Shown: in pieces, positions 29,543 to 41,840 of the stretch
How the letters are laid out: the number at the start of each line of letters is the position of its first letter
Position numbering within the stretch: position 1 is the stretch's first letter
From: Ramazzottius varieornatus
Lineage: Eukaryota; Animalia; Tardigrada
Length of the DNA stretch: 64,000 nt
Assembly: GCA_001949185.1 (NCBI GenBank)
Contig: BDGG01000004.1
Coordinates: 2,257,620-2,321,619, forward strand
Direction: 5' to 3'
Notes under the pieces: generated by a model
Databases searched by the model: none
Seen by the model: the letters and a program-made list of their open reading frames with translations, nothing else
Told to the model about the DNA's origin: nothing
Translations under genes and position numbers: made by a program

Positions 29543-30469
29543 CATTAACCGAGCAATCATCCCATCTCATAGAGAGGAACCCATCGGGCTCCACACCATA
29601 ATTATAAAGAAAGATTCTTTTGCGGGTACGTCCTCATGTCCACTCTCGACCAAAAGTACTCGTTGCATGGTTTGCTCGTAGTCCGATTTCTGAGGGCCTT
29701 GATTATCATGAGCTGATGTTTTGAAATTAGCGCTGTATGCGACTTGATATGCAGCATGAGTACCACAACCCGTCCTGTTCTTTATCTGTGATTTGTGGAG
29801 GTTCTCCACCGCTGGTTTCTAACTGTTTTATGACTGGAAGCTGGAATGTTATAACATTTATTCTCCGAACGAAGCTAATTCTCCCATAATGCTCTCAATA
29901 GGCGATATTAGTTCTTCGGATCCTTGACCATGGCGTTCTCTCAATCCTCCATACGTTAGCTACCCCATAGATCGCAGTCAAGGTTCAAGCCCTCGACTCC
30001 GTCGCTGTGATCTATGGAGTACCGAAAACAAACCTTCCCTTCTATACGAAACTGTGAACGATTAGAGGGGTGAAATCTGAGTTTGTACCACCCGTGCAGA
30101 CTCTATGTTCATTGGCTGGAGCCTGGAATGGCTGTGCTGTCTTTCGGGGTGCAATGAAGCAACTTAAGTTAATTGTGTCCAATTTCCATGCTGTTCACGT
30201 GTGAGCGCACCTGTGAAAGTTTATTGATTTTGTTTAGGCTGAGACCCTGTGCTCAGCGTATCAACTCACTCCTGGACGAAGCACACCGCTTGTGAGAGGG
30301 TGAATGATTAGCTTGGTTTTGGAGAGCGTTCTTCACGGTGAAAGATCTTAGGTGCCCGTCGTGAATTGTAAACTTGCCCGTCGTGAATTGGAAACTGGGT
30401 TCGTTTTGCTGAAGAACTTCTTACAGGTTACAGTGCGCCCAGTCTGTCTCTGTTCTATTGTGCTTTGCG

Positions 30470-31074
30470 ATGCCATCCCGTGGCAGTGGTGGGGAGGTTT
30501 CCGCCATCCCGAAACTTGGCAGTGTTTTCCGCTGGACTTCTCTAACCAGTCGTCAGCTTCCAGTGCGTCGACCTACGGCGTTGTCCCCTTTGTCCGGCTA
30601 TGGAGATTTGTACCAGATGGACATTGACGGGGAACTGCATTCGCCAGAGATACGACTGGACGGTTTGGTGGCCAAGTTCGTTGACGGCGAATGGCTCACT
30701 TACGGGACGGGTGCTGGTGGTACTGCGCCTCGGCACCAGAAGGGGACTTCGAATCACGATAATGGGAGGTCCGAACAAAATGGCAGTCCCAAAGAAGAGC
30801 TGGAGGCCGTGAGGAGTGAAAACAACTTCCTGGTACGTTGAGTGTTCTTGTCGCTTTCGTTATTTGTGTGGATTATTCCAGTGTAAATCATTCCTGTATT
30901 GCAGAAACTGAGGAATGAAGCTTTACTCGATATGGTGAGAGCTTTTCACTCTTGACAGTGGTTTCTGGCTTTTGGAAGGTCTTCAGGAGTGTCTACTGAA
31001 TCTTGTTTCAGTTGACCGAAGTCGTAGCGGAAATTCACCTGCGGGACGAAGAAAGCAAATCGAGTTCGTCGTAA
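30470..31074 (+). CDS. CBY1: Chibby (beta-catenin antagonist / basal body protein)
   Basis: PVRRPTALSPL...PEIRLDGLVAKFVDGEW...SENNFL|KLRNEALLDM|LTEVVAEIHL matches the Chibby pattern LxFxxGxW ... EENNLLxLKxxxLLDMLxE. Confidence 0.88.
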
Positions 31075-32284
31075 GGCTTACGTGGCTTCCAAGATGAGTG
31101 AGGTCCTTCTCGAAGGTTAAGAACTCTGGCCGGTTTCTTCGCCTTTCTTTTGTTTTATTTGTCTTCAATAGCTCGCTAGGTATTCTAGAGTGAATTTCAA
31201 TTACCCGTATAAAATGTATTGCTATGAATATTCGTTTGATGCATATGCGACTGGTTATGGTGGTTATCTCCTACCCCTGTTGTCCACGACAGATGGAGCT
31301 GGTGTGCCTGACTGGTCCTGGCCCTGAAAAATGATTAGGAGGAGCGCTTCTCTGCTCCACGAACAGATAGCTACAGTCATTGTCGCAAAGTGCAAAATGG
31401 GCTTTGAATCTTCGCTCCCGTATATGGGCTAATATGATCTGGTCAAAACTTGGAGTACGCGTTTGCGAAGATTCGGGAAACAAAATCGAGCTTGTGTCTC
31501 CCTCTATGTATCGTACAGTATTAAGTAGCCTCATTCAGAGGTCTTCGCAAATGACTCCCCGTCCACACCCATCAAGGTCCGATCAACACTCTGTCTAACG
31601 CGAACACAAGTTTAAGTTGACGGTTTTACTTACCTCTATGAACCGGGGGAAATAAATGTTTGCCGGCGGATGAGGTTGTTGAAGGCGGATGGGCGGACCG
31701 ATATTCAATGTACACTTTGAACCAGTTATACCGCACTGTATGTCCGTCTGCAGTATTTGCTGTAACGAGAGTAAGCCCGGTTTGTGCCGGCGGCAATCAT
31801 TCGGAAATATTACTTCTCCTCCCAAGGCAGAACTGCACCGAGCGCGTGTCGCGTAGTACTTGCCGCACTTTTCCGGTTGTTTGTACCTCATCTCTCCTAT
31901 GTAGCCACTGGACTAGCTGACTATAGCTGACTGTCCATTCACCATCAGGAAAGGAAGTGTCCTTCATTGCGTGTAGCTCACATAATACCGGTAGACGATC
32001 GAGTCTCTAGCTGCTCTTTCGCTCAGTATATGCCGGTCTCTCTTGCAGTACATCCCATCCGACTTCCGCTTGACACACTCTCTGCCGATACGGGCTGGAT
32101 TGTGATTTGTGATTTGCGATTTGAGCTAGATCTAAAGATCTGACGCATCGATCTCGTGCTTCCCTTCGGTCAGAACCAAGTGCCGCGGATTTTGACCAGG
32201 AAGCTGCATCCGCTGACGGTCATTTGCCGTTATTGTGTTTTCTTTTTCAAGTGATATGCCAGAGGACTGAAAGATTGACAAAGA

Positions 32285-35200
32285 ATGCCGGTGTGTGTAC
32301 GAGAGCGACTGGAAAGTACCGAGGACCCGGAAGACCCACCCCTGGATCTAACATGGGAGAATGGCGGAGCCGGCGATGTCGACGGGAAAAATTCCTGCTC
32401 TTACAAGAAGAGTCTTCTCAAACGCTACAGTAAGTCGTGAAATAAGGTTCCAATGAAGATATTTTCGAAAGTACACTTTATAGAGAAGGCTGGAATTCTT
32501 TCGAAGATTGTAAGTTTCGTGGGATGTGTCCTTGATGCTATTTTAATCTGGGCCGATATTTCTGTCGGACCTTCAGTTCCGAGAAGGACCGCGGAAGTGA
32601 AATCTGCTGATTGAATGCTTGTCAGGTGAATTTGTGAAAAGTAAGGTGATGATGTGTCTGTAATTTTTGCTGGTTTGCGACCTTGAAAGGAGTGCAGTCA
32701 GTGAAGGTAGTCGAGGCATTGAGAGGGAAATTTCGAGTTGTCGACATCATCGGTATAAACTGTCGGTCTGAGCATCTTTTGTTGTTACCTGCTGAATGGT
32801 CGTGAGCTATAAGACGCTGTAAGCTTGACGAATTTCCCTCTGTTTACCTGCAAGGCTCACTTTGTTGTGGCACTTCAGCTGCTGCACGCAGACAAAAGCC
32901 TTACAACAATATTCTAATAGTTTCGTCATCTCCGTGTATGAATGAGGGACGATGACGTTATCAAGACCGAGGGCGGAATACGAGTATGAAGTTGAATAAT
33001 ATCTTTGCTTGTGAGAAAGTGGCCATACGCTTCCGTTCTGACCATTCCCATAAGGCTCGCCCAGTCTAATGTTCCCTAGCTAAACATGTGTGTCGCGCCT
33101 TTGAAATTATGTCGGTTATAACTTTGTCAGACAGGAAATGGAGTAACATTTACGCGATCGAAGTGTGACGGAGAGATTGAGGGATGGAAGAGAAGTATAG
33201 GCGAAACTGGCTACAAGTCTTGAATGATATCGGAGAGAGACAGAACAGGAAAGCGGTGGGAGATAGCATCTGCATTCGCCACTGGGCGATGACGGAAAGA
33301 GAAATGTGTTTTGGTGAAGAAAAGAAAGATTTTATACTCTAACTGCCGCCATCAGTATGCTCTTTGGAACAGTTGGCAGTCGGCGTACAAATAGTAGTGG
33401 AGTAGTTGGTGAGTGTTTATAATGCGAAGGCTGAATATGACCAGACGGTAGGAACATGCCAAAGACATAATCAACCCACTGACCCACTGAGGAACCCTGC
33501 CTATCCACGCGAAATATCATATTTGATATGGCGCACCCTGTACCCACACATGTAGCGTAGTCTCCAGATGCTCTCAGAAAACCTAAAGAAATACCCGAAA
33601 AATAAGAGGATGGTTTCGCGTATTATGCTTACGCTGCAAATTAAACTTATTTCAGGTTCGATGATGAATCGAAGATCAGTTTGCTGGGTCACGGCATTAG
33701 TAAGGGGAAGAGCCTCCAGAGAACCCTTGAAGGACCCGGAAAGCCGTGAACCTAAGCGTGTAGGGCATTTCGTTATGTGGGCATTTCCAAAAAGCTGTCA
33801 GGAATACCTGTTAATCTGAAGCGTATCGCGCTTATATACAGTACAGAAAAAATATCGATTTACATAACAATGGAGATGAATGGAAATCTGGGTTACTTTT
33901 ATAAAAGACTCCTCTCTTGTGGCATTTTTACTTCCGTCCGCCAGCTGAAAGCTTCTTTAGGCGCTTCTCGATCTCTTCCGCTCTCATTAGATATCGATTG
34001 GAGGCTCTGGTTTTGAACGTGCAGTGTACATGGTGTTGCCGAGTGGGTGTGTCGCTAATCCATGACGAACTTGAGCGCTCTTTGGATTATTTACATATAA
34101 TTTGCCTCTAAATATGTCGGTGCGTCGTTCCATTATGAAGCTCGCCACGATCGAATGGGTGACTTCTTCGCCGTTTTACCTACGTTCATAGGAAAACCAA
34201 TTCAGTAAAAGAATTTTTTTTAAAGTTTAGTTGGTCAACTTTAGCTCTTTTTGTTTTCTTCTTACGATAGACCCGTTTTTATCAGACTTTGAGGTATTTT
34301 GGTCAACGTGGAAGTAGGAAAATAAACGGCGCAGAAGGTGTTTCGATTCGATGTGCAAATCGATGCGATGTGTCCTTACGTTTGCTGACCCACTTTTAAA
34401 AAGCGGTGTATATGCGCTGTGAAAGTAAAGACTGGTCGAAAGTGTTTCACAGGCGGTAGTATACTATGCTCTGTTGGCTTTGGTACTTTCAAAAGCGAAA
34501 GCAGCATGGCTTCCTCTAACTGCAAGGCATTCTCTTGCATGCTAAAGGTAACTGTGGCTTCAAAAACGGTGCTAGCGATGTAAAGTTAGTTATAAATATT
34601 TTCCTTAAGATATCATGAAAGGAATTGCAGAATTGTCTTGGGATAATTCGGTGGTTTGCTGTCCTGTCCTGGTACGTTTGGTACTGTACCACGCACAAAG
34701 AAGTAAAGCGAACCGCAGCCCGAAGTGTCAATTTATTCAAGCACAATATACGCAACGTGTTTCTTACAGCTAGAGCGGAACTTCGGGCTGGGGATTTTGT
34801 GTGTTGTCGTCTCATTTCCTGTTCTTCCACTTTCTTTGCACGTTAGCCGGCTCGCAAATGATGACGCTGTTCTGCGCGTTTCGCTAACAGTGAAAAACAG
34901 GAAGCTTTCACTTGCCTACAGACAAAAACTTGCGAGGACTTCGTACCGATAACACTGGTTCTCATAAGACAACGCCCAAAAAGTATTAATTATCCATGAA
35001 AATGGTTTGACTGAGTGTTCCGTGTGATAAATTAATATCGTTACAGTTACCAGAGTATTTATTAGGTTAGCTTGTGCGTAATATCTCGTCAGTATGGAAT
35101 GCCGAATGTCGACCAAACCGGTCTTTTTGCTGTGGCCTTGACTTGGTGGATATGCGGAATTGCGGATGTGGTCTTGCCGGTGTGTAACCATGCAGCTGTA

Positions 35201-38200
35201 ACATGGAGCCGTCAGCTGGATTGTCGATGGCGTCACGGCATGGAAAAGATGATGGCTGCCTGAGGTCGGAAACGTGTTTGACTGACCAAGTTAAGTGGCT
35301 GTGCCACTCGTGAGCCGTACCGCGAATAAACGTGCGTGTGTAAATGTGGGGCTATGACTAGGTATGAGGCGTTACGTTCTTGTGATGGCCTTGACAGACG
35401 GGGTCCGCCACATATTGATCTTTGGTGGTCACTTTTACTCACGGTCGTCACTCAAGTACCCATCCGCCGCGACCGCGTGGTTCAAACCATAAGCGGCAAG
35501 ACCCGCCTAGCTCGACAACGAACCAACTGGCTGGACAACCGGCACTAATCCGTGAACGAGGAACCGGATACTGGTCCAGTCTAACGAAGAACCCGTTGCC
35601 ATGCCTCGTTATGTTCGCGCAGAACCGCGGGAGTTGTCGCGATCGGACTTGAACGGTGCCTGGTGGTGTAGAAAAAAACATCAAAACCTCTTAAGGAATT
35701 CTTGGACCTTCTGAACGTGTTTCGTAACTTTCGTGGAGGGAAGTGTGTTCTCCGGTAGACTGTTGTCAAGTATGACCATCTGAGTGCAGGGGTGAAGAGT
35801 GAAAGTTGCTTGCTGTATATAGTGACAGGTGTACGGTGCAGTGGGAAGGAAGCCATTAGACAGGTAACCGGATGTTGAAGAGATCACTTGCCGTGATTGA
35901 TGAGGCAAAGTCAAGGTTGAGCTACGTGTACTACGGAAAAGGCTTGCTTCGGCACTACTGACCGCTATATCTGTTTGTGAGGGTTAGTAAGGCGGTTGGG
36001 GCTGTTACGAAACTGGTCTCATGCCGCCATGTCCATTGCGTCGACGTCGGAGTGGCCGCTAGCTATAGGCCGGTTGTTCGAATTCCATTGCGGTATGTTC
36101 AGATTTGTATCTGCCGATCACTGTTGCATAAACCGGTAGAAGTTGGAGATCAACTCGTTTTCCCATTGTCACTTGTTCTCGCGTGCTATAATGTGGCACG
36201 AGGACAACAAGAGCATAAATCGTCGCAAGAGCGAATCCGATACAATGAACACTCAATGCCGTTGTGCTCGTTCTTCCATTTCATTTCACAAATCTCGTAT
36301 TTCTGAAGTCGTCTTTGATCTTGTCACATATTCAAAACTGTACGTTAATCAGCGCATTTGAAATATTCAGTTGACATGTCAGGTTGGGCAGTAACTAAGC
36401 TTCCTGGATGGGTGTATCAGGTCCCTTCCAGAAACCTCGAATTGTCGGTTGAGGGTTCTTCAAGCGATTATACCGGTTTACGGATGTTTGTCGAGGGGCT
36501 TTCTGTTGTGCAGACGTCAAGCATGTATAGGAAGCAGGTGAATATTCGTTGTGGCTGACTAGGTCCAGTTGAACTGATGAGCCTGTTTTTTCACTTGATC
36601 ATGAACCTGTGGCACCCGTTTAGGTTCATATCATGCACTGTGTTCAACTTACACGTCGTCAAACACGTTTCCTTGAAGGACGGCAAAACAGGAAAAGCCT
36701 TATCAGCAGGCTTTAAAGTGCAGAGGATAACATTCAACTCTCAAAGCTCTAAAACATGCCGGGTATGCGGCAGTTTAGGCTTATCAGGTTTGGGTGAAAT
36801 GTGGGTCAAATTGGTACGGAAATAGATACCGAAGGGATATAGGAACATATAGGGCGGAGACCATGTATTTGTGATATAGACCGAGGACTTTTAAAGCGTA
36901 TATTTGTATATAGCCAGAATACTGGCCTGTTTGTACTTTTGGCGCAGGCAAACTATAGCGTCCAGTGTTTACCCAGCGATACTTGGCGACGTGGTTATCC
37001 TTTGATCTTCCATCATTAACACCAGCCATTTGACACACTTTCTTCTGGCTGTTGGCTCGGTTCTAGTTCCTGTTGGAGAGCAGCGAAGAAAGCCGGAAAG
37101 AAATTCGAAAGCATCCGACCAATATGCTAACATTGGCTTTGTGAGCAAAAAAATGGGTTGACGGATTTCCGCGCTACTGATGTTTGGCTGGAAAAGTAGA
37201 TAGTTCGGGTTTTACGATTCGAAGTTTTCTCCTTTCGGGGAGTGCGCTTAATCAGGAACGAACCGGAAAAGAGGAAACAGGGAATAAGTTTTCAGGGCAA
37301 GTTTGTGGGCGAAAGGAAGCCCCAATAATCGATTGCTCTAAATAGGAGTAGAATGGCTTCCGGTTTTGGGGTCGTTTCCGTGTGGCAGGGAAAGGAAAAG
37401 GGAGAGAAAGGGGCGGAATAGGATGTGACATGCTGGATAACTAGACATGCAATCAGGTCGTCACTGCCGGTTGTAAGCAGAACTTGAATGTGGGCCACTT
37501 TGGCGTAATTACGCAAATAACCCTGTCATTCTGGGCAATTCCGCAATGTGGCACTACCAAGTTTGGCTGTAAAGGCATCCCGTGTAGGCTATATTTACGC
37601 TTTTCCCAATCGCGCCCGGCCTGGCCTTTTTCCAGCTCTTGCCTGATCCAGGAAGTCATTATAACCGGAAGTACTCTACTTCCCGCTGTTTCGGAAGGTC
37701 TTCCGCGAAACTTTCCGTCTGTTTCATCACGCGAACTTTCTTGTTCCTGCTCTTTGCCCTTCTCTCTGATTTCACATGAACTAAAGCAAAAGCTGAGATA
37801 AAACATTCATGTACGTACTGTTCATAATTCTGTAGTAGTTTTTGGTGGACTCTGCTTCGATCAAAGTACAGTGGATCTTTCAGTCTGCTGACTATGCATG
37901 CGAAGCGTGAACGGAAGTCGTCGGCTTGGTATTGACGCTTTGGAAGACCGGCTTTACTACCGTTTTTGAAAGGGAAAATAGGTCAACAGGAAATGATCAA
38001 TGGCGTTAACTGTTCAAAATTCCGACTGAATGTCGCGCTTATGAACGTTGGCCTTCTTTCGCGTAGTGTGTATGATCCAAATGAGCGCATATTGTAAATT
38101 TCAGCTGGACAAGAGTCGCCGCCGTATGTCCATGCAGTTCTCCGTCGATCACGACACCTAGCGGTATAATTTGTGACTTCCCGAAATTTTACCGACACGG

Positions 38201-41200
38201 CCCGATCCTTTGAGGTTCTCTCTTCACGCCAATGGGAACTTCAGCTTGGTTACCCGTGCGATGTCGCGCATGTGGGTCCTCGTGAGAATGATGTAAGAGA
38301 CTGCGAGAGCAAGGTTCCCCTAGACTAGGTCAGTCCGCTGTTAGCGATCGTTAGAAGACATTAGACCTTGGCGTCTCACCATGATTGCTCGTGGAGGTTG
38401 TGCTGACATACCAACACTCTTGGCTCTCCGTCAGCCAAGCTACAGAGCTTCAAGGAGTTATCCTGATAGTGATTGAACATGACCTTATGGAAAGTGCGTC
38501 CGTCGGCCCGATTACTTAACCTATTCTTCCGGCCTGGAATGCATATTTCCGTTAAAATAGCTCCCCTTTCAAGTGCGACCCATCGGTTCCATAATTACGT
38601 TGGATATTATCCATAAAACCCTAATTATGCTCACAGCATTGGGATCTCAAAGAAAGGCTTGGTTACGAGCGAAAATTTTGAGGGCGGCAAGAATCGTGTC
38701 AAAGATGGCTTCCTGTTTTTCCCTTTCGGTAGAATTATACCAAGATGAGCTGGAGGTTTTCCGAAATGACGTGTAGGGTACGGTTAGGCAACTTGTTGTT
38801 GCGGAAGTGACATGTGCGATGAGAATCACGTCGGATATGCGCACGAGCTAAGCAAGAACCTTTCTCGATACGACAACATTGTCTAATCGCGATAATTGAC
38901 TCACCCAGAGATATCGGCCTTCCGGCTGAAGTTCGCAAAAAGAATTCAGGCCATCGATCAGAAGTAGACATTTGACTAGCTATTACGAGTACGAGGGAAA
39001 GGTTGTAAAGTTAGCCGCTCCATACCGGGTTTGTAAAGTTAGCCGTCTAAGTTCGCCTGTTCTCTACTACTCAATCCCAAACTTTTAAGGATAGATCGAA
39101 AGATAAAATAATGAGCTGTTGAATGGTAATAGGCACGGTCAACATGAGAAGTCAGAGAATCCAAGAGATCCGCAATTAAAAGAACGTTGAAATCTCATGT
39201 TAAACAGCCAAGACTGACAATCAAATAGTCAATCAAGCAATAGGCGCCACAGCCGTGGCTAACTTTACAAACCCAGTATGGGGTGGCTATGTTTACAACC
39301 TTTACCTCGTAATGAAAGTTCAGTGCGTGTGGTGCCTGAAACCCTTGTTCCGTCCTATTACGGCTCTTCATAGAGGTAAATTAAATTGAGGGACGAAGCG
39401 GAATACCTTCCAGCTCATATCGAAGGTAGTTGTAGATGGTTCAACAGTGATGGAAACAAATTTACAGATAATAATGCTTGAGTGGCGCCTTTGTACTTTC
39501 TTCATCAGGCTCGTTCGTTACGCAAGATCGATGTGCCCAATTCTTAGTGTACAACAAACCACAGGATTGACAGGGTCTGATCGAAAAATGATTAATCATC
39601 ATTGATTGATTATTGACTCTTGCTTTCTGCGGAAAATATCTTCTGAGTGAAATACCAAACTTCAAAAGCTCACAATGGCCAATTCAAGCCACAACACGAA
39701 CAAAACGGATTCCATTAAACAGGCGAATGAACCTTGAAATATTTCTAAACAAACATACTTTTTGTTTTTCAGTGGTTACAAGCACTTCGGACGAAGACGA
39801 ACGCGAAGATGATGGGCGATGCGATAGTCGAGGAAGTCGAGTGGACTATAGTGAAGCGGACAGTGCCCAATCTCACCTGGGTTCCGGTGGACAAAAGTCC
39901 GCAACTTCCCGGTCCCCGTGCTCATCTCGCAGTCCCGTTTCCGGTACACTAATGAGATACTTTATGGCGTTCGCTGCCTTATCCTCCATCATAATTATGA
40001 TTGTGATACAGGTTCACCACCAAGCCCTTCGGACAGTGGAGTGTCGGACATTGACAGCAGCATCAGCGATGAGAGGCGTTTCAGTCTGCCCAACATGGCT
40101 AATGTGGCGTCATCTGCCCATCATCGAGTCCCTTTCCTCAGTTCAGCCTACCTGCAAGCACATTTAGTATCTCAGTTGCATCCAGGTGAGGTCCTTCGAA
40201 GTCCACCGAATGGGACCTTGTCAGCAACTGAGTTTTCTTCTTGCAGAATATTACGCAAGCCAAATGGCCCAGTACGCAGCGGCGATGCATCATTCCATCA
40301 TGTCTTCTCATCAGCCTCACACAGCCCACCCTGCCATGTTGGCGCACCTGGCTTCCACGGGGGCCTTCATGAACAGAGGACCACTCCTTCATCATCCATC
40401 CATTCCTCTGTCCGCCGCCCACAACGCAGCTTTCCTGACTCCTTCGACGTGCCATCTTCCTCCAATATCCCACGTAACCCGCAGGCCGTCGTTACCCGCC
40501 AGTCTGTCCAGAGGCAAGGCCTCGCCCGAGTCAGAAGGTGACGGAAGGGAAGCGACTAGTTCTACTGACCTCTCCGACCCTAGGCGAAAACGTAAGCAAT
40601 ATCTCGTGCTGGCTGGGTACACACCACGTTAATCAAACATCCTACTTGCAGACCGAAAGATACGCACACCGTTCGACGAAGACGATCCTGACGGCGGCGG
40701 TGGGAAGAAGAAAAGAGAGGGCACAACTTACCTGTGGGAGTTCTTGCTGAAGCTCTTACAAGATAAAGAATACTGCCCACGCTACATACGCTGGACCAAT
40801 CGGTAAGATACCATCGGGCTCTTGCCCAGACCCGCGGTCCCCTATAATTATTTGCTTGCAGCGAAAAGGGAGTCTTCAAGCTGGTGGACAGCAAGGCAGT
40901 ATCGAGACTGTGGGGTCTCCACAAGGTAGGTGAAAGTATTCGTACGTCACGGCTTTTTGCCTTCTTGATGCTCAGCTTTTTATTTCCACCGCAGAACAAA
41001 CCGGACATGAACTACGAGACTATGGGACGAGCGCTAAGATATTACTACCAGAGGGGCATTTTGTCGAAAGTCGACGGCCAACGACTTGGTAAACTCCCAG
41101 ACAAAATTGGTGGTCCATTTTATCCACAGAGTTCTAACAGCTAGCTTTGTTCTTGCAGTGTACCAGTTTCGAGACGTGCCAAAGGAAGTCCTAGCCGAGA

Positions 41201-41217
41201 TTCGCGGAACTTTGTAA
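32285..41217 (+). CDS. Eip74EF: E74/ELF-class ETS transcription factor; inferred first coding exon 32285-32429, remaining exons 39773-41217
   Basis: ETS domain [27 protein letters not shown]|[21 protein letters not shown]|[31 protein letters not shown]|VYQFRDVP is nearly identical to insect E74. Also contains [13 protein letters not shown]. The exon-1 join (tac a|gtaag...ttttcag|tg gtt) is phase-compatible but inferred. Confidence 0.9.
38992..39309. mobile_element. Mariner-type MITE, family copy 2 (in E74 intron)
   Basis: TA|CGAGGGAAAGGTTGTAAAGTTAGCC...GTTTACAACCTTTACCTCG|TA. Imperfect TIRs of about 50 bp; homologous to 23078-23410. Confidence 0.88.
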
Positions 41218-41840
41218 CTGTGAGACTAAGGGTGCCACCGAGCCTAATGCGGCTCAGAAGACCCACGGATGAACCTCGGCGGAAAAAGTACGCAATTCCC
41301 GGGAACTACCCTTTATGGGGCGTTTGACTCGTTCGGGATGTGCTGCTCCGAGTGAATGTGCTTTGCCTTGAATAAGCTAGAAGGGAAAGTTTAACCGAAA
41401 ACTTGATTCGTATTGTTCGTTTTAGCCTTCCTTTCTCTTTTTTTCTACCAATAACTTTGAGCGCCCAAAGTCCGGTTACTCATGCACTTCTGATTGACTG
41501 GTTGTTTTCCTCTTCGCGAATGTACAAAGTTTGGCTTGCTTGTAAGTATTGTTGACTGACTTTTCTGATCTTTTTTTCGCTGGAAACATGCACAAAATAT
41601 GAATACAAAACCATCAAGTCTGATGCACAAGCTCGGATAAATGAGGCCTAGTTCGTATCATCAGGTCTTGCACGCTCATTGCGGAATGGATACCTCTCAC
41701 GTTTTATCTGGTGCGTTAACGAAAGCGGGGAAAAGTCAGCAAAGTTCGGCGTGTATTTTGTTCGGGTAAGTACAGCAGAAAAAAACATTCCTTCGCAGCT
41801 TGTACTAAGATTGCTCAAGAATATCAAGACGTGCAGCTCC

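Noticed and set aside
30353-30396. 22-bp tandem duplication upstream of Chibby (similar short duplication at about 3605-3635)
   Set aside because: Only two units and no spacers, so a local slippage and not an array or CRISPR.
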